DNA of 64,000 nt from an uncultured Alphaproteobacteria bacterium (GTDB lineage: Bacteria; Pseudomonadota; Alphaproteobacteria; UBA7879; VGCX01). Where the stretch lies: positions 4 to 64,003 of the forward strand of contig CAJXSI010000004.1 in assembly GCA_913061155.1 (NCBI GenBank), given 5' to 3'. The translations under genes and the position numbers were made by a program. The notes beneath the pieces are model-generated. The model was not told where the DNA came from. It saw only the letters and a list, made by a program, of their open reading frames with translations, and did not search any database. Below are positions 62,284 to 64,000 of the stretch, in pieces (position 1 is the first letter of the stretch; the number at the start of each line of letters is the position of its first letter).

Positions 62284-62865
62284 TTATCCTTTAATTTTTA
62301 CTGTTTTTAAATCTTCTGCGACCCGTGTATTGAATTCTTCCGGCTTACCTTTTATAAATAAAGGAAAGAAATGGGATATGGAATCAATCACGGCGCCGAC
62401 CCAATCAATATCACTGGGTGAAAAGTTACTTAAGACGTAACTTGAAACATTTGGATGGTTGGGGCGACCAATACCAATACGAATTCGCCAAAATTCTTTA
62501 CCTAAGTGTTTTTCTGTGTCTTTAATGCCGTTATGCCCCCCGTGACCACCCCCAATTTTTGTTTTAATACGTGGGGGTTCGATGTCAAGTTCATCATGAA
62601 TAACAACAATATTTTCAGGAAGGATCTTATAAAACGAAGCCGCCGCCTGAATGGATTGTCCGGAAAGATTCATAAAAGTCTGTGGTTTCAAAGCAATAAC
62701 CTTGGTACCATTTATTTCACCTTCGGCCGCAAATCCCTGGAATTTCGATTTAAAGTCAGAAAAATTATAATCATCGGCAATGGCATCAATACACATGAAG
62801 CCAACATTATGACGGTTTACAGCGTATTGTGGCCCTGGATTCCCAAGGCCGACCAATAAAATCAT
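62284..62865 (-). CDS. pth: Peptidyl-tRNA hydrolase
   Basis: VGLGNPG, RHNVGF, PQTFMNLSG, HDELD and GGHNG. Confidence 0.98.
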   Translation of the reverse strand: MILLVGLGNPGPQYAVNRHNVGFMCIDAIADDYNFSDFKSKFQGFAAEGEINGTKVIALKPQTFMNLSGQSIQAAASFYKILPENIVVIHDELDIEPPRIKTKIGGGHGGHNGIKDTEKHLGKEFWRIRIGIGRPNHPNVSSYVLSNFSPSDIDWVGAVIDSISHFFPLFIKGKPEEFNTRVAEDLKTVKIKG

Positions 62866-62912
62866 AAAAACTACTCTGTCTTAAAATTAAGAAAAAGACT
62901 TAAGTTATAAAC

Positions 62913-63548
62913 CTATTCTGCTTTTTTATCAGTTGCGTCTTCTGCCACTTCAGCGTCTTCTTCGTCATCTTTCGCACTTGCCACTTTTGGTGGAACGATA
63001 GAAGCAACAGAATCAGACTTTTCTAAGTGAGAAATTTTGACGTTTGCAGGAAGTTTAAGTTCGCTTGTATGGAACGTTGTTCCAACAGTTAACCCCTCTA
63101 AATCAATTTCAATTGATTCAGGAATGGATGACGCCGGACAGACAACGTGTAATGCATGGCGAAGAATATTTAAAACACCACCTTGCTTGATGCCTGGGCA
63201 GTTGTCTTCATTCAAGAATTTAACAGGAACATCAACATGAATTTCACTTTTTTCACTGACGCGCAAGAAATCAATATGAACAGGTCTGTCTGTAACAGGG
63301 TGTAATTGAATATCCCGAACCAAAGCTTTTTGCTTTTTCCCATCAATATTCAAGTCATAAATATGGCTAAGGATTCCTGGTTCACTTAATTCTTTCAAAA
63401 AGGCGCGTGTGTCAATAGAAATGCTTACGGGATCTTTTTTATTTCCGTACAATACAGCAGGAATCATTTCTTCACGTCTTGTTGCCCTAGCAGCCCCAGT
63501 ACCAACGTTTTCTCTGGACTTCGCATCAAAACTTCTAGCGGTTGTCAT
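62913..63548 (-). CDS. rplY: 50S ribosomal protein L25/Ctc
   Basis: IPAVLYG, VRDIQLHPV, HIDFLR and GIKQGGVL. Confidence 0.97.
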   Translation of the reverse strand: MTTARSFDAKSRENVGTGAARATRREEMIPAVLYGNKKDPVSISIDTRAFLKELSEPGILSHIYDLNIDGKKQKALVRDIQLHPVTDRPVHIDFLRVSEKSEIHVDVPVKFLNEDNCPGIKQGGVLNILRHALHVVCPASSIPESIEIDLEGLTVGTTFHTSELKLPANVKISHLEKSDSVASIVPPKVASAKDDEEDAEVAEDATDKKAE

Positions 63549-63762
63549 TTTATTCTCCTAAATTCAAAATAAGCCACATGCAAAAATTTGCAAAAATTCT
63601 TTATCTACAAGACTATTACTCATAAAACCCACGATAATCAAGTATTGATTTAAGTTTTTTTTATTTTTTTTCAATACCTTTGGTGTTTAATTTTACATTT
63701 TCGCGGCGTTATAATGCAGCTTGCTTATCAGATTTTAACCTTTGTTGTTGTGCATGGAAAAA

Positions 63763-63999
63763 TTATTTAGGCATATTACTGATTTGCGCCCGCTTAAAAC
63801 CTGCCGTCCAATTGTTAAAAGCTTCCAATGCCAACTGTTGTCGTTTCTGTGTTTCTTTTATTTGGGATAAAACGCGGATATCCCCAATGGCACGTGTTAA
63901 GGCCATTTCAAATCTTTCTTGCGCCATAAACCCGGCTTCTTTCTTATTAAGATAATATGTTGATAGGTGTTTGTGATAATCCGATCGTAAAAGATCATT
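63763..63999 (-). CDS. 3' end of a hypothetical protein entering from the right edge
   Basis: The minus frame is open from 63999 to the TAA at 63763 (NDLLRSDYHKH...RAQISNMPK*); no family recognised. Confidence 0.5.
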   Translation of the reverse strand, partial: NDLLRSDYHKHLSTYYLNKKEAGFMAQERFEMALTRAIGDIRVLSQIKETQKRQQLALEAFNNWTAGFKRAQISNMPK

Positions 64000-64000
64000 T

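Overview
A 64-kb chromosomal segment of an AT-rich alphaproteobacterium. The gene set and order suggest a reduced, possibly host-associated (Holosporales/Rickettsiales-grade) lineage, but that assignment is inference. Most of the window is core genes: dnaE-lolDC-proS-lptDGF, surA-rsmA, parC-recO, rpoH, mltB-rlpA-dacA-tmk, obgE, HU, recA, aspS, yejABEF, cycM-kdsB, dnaA, potGHI, tolQRAB and ychF-pth-rplY, plus tRNA-Ser(TGA) and tRNA-Thr(TGT). Mobile DNA comprises the end of a Tn3-family transposon that truncated a GFA-family gene, an intact TnpB-less IS200/IS605 element (34750-35301) and an IS110 transposase remnant. The most unusual content is non-coding. About 25 copies of a YGTC-tagged, CCA-ended palindrome (8-9 bp stems that co-vary, CTTGA loop) are built with re-used spacer modules into four BIME-like mosaic arrays (about 15.9-16.5, 30.6-31.0, 37.9-38.8 and 42.6-43.3 kb). 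The 3' end of an IS110 element occurs five times, each ending in TTGAT and followed by what normally follows a palindrome's stem, in both orientations. This suggests a REP-targeting IS110 (bridge-type) recombinase acting on, and possibly shuffling, these arrays. A second, roughly 140-bp RPE-1-like MITE family is also present.
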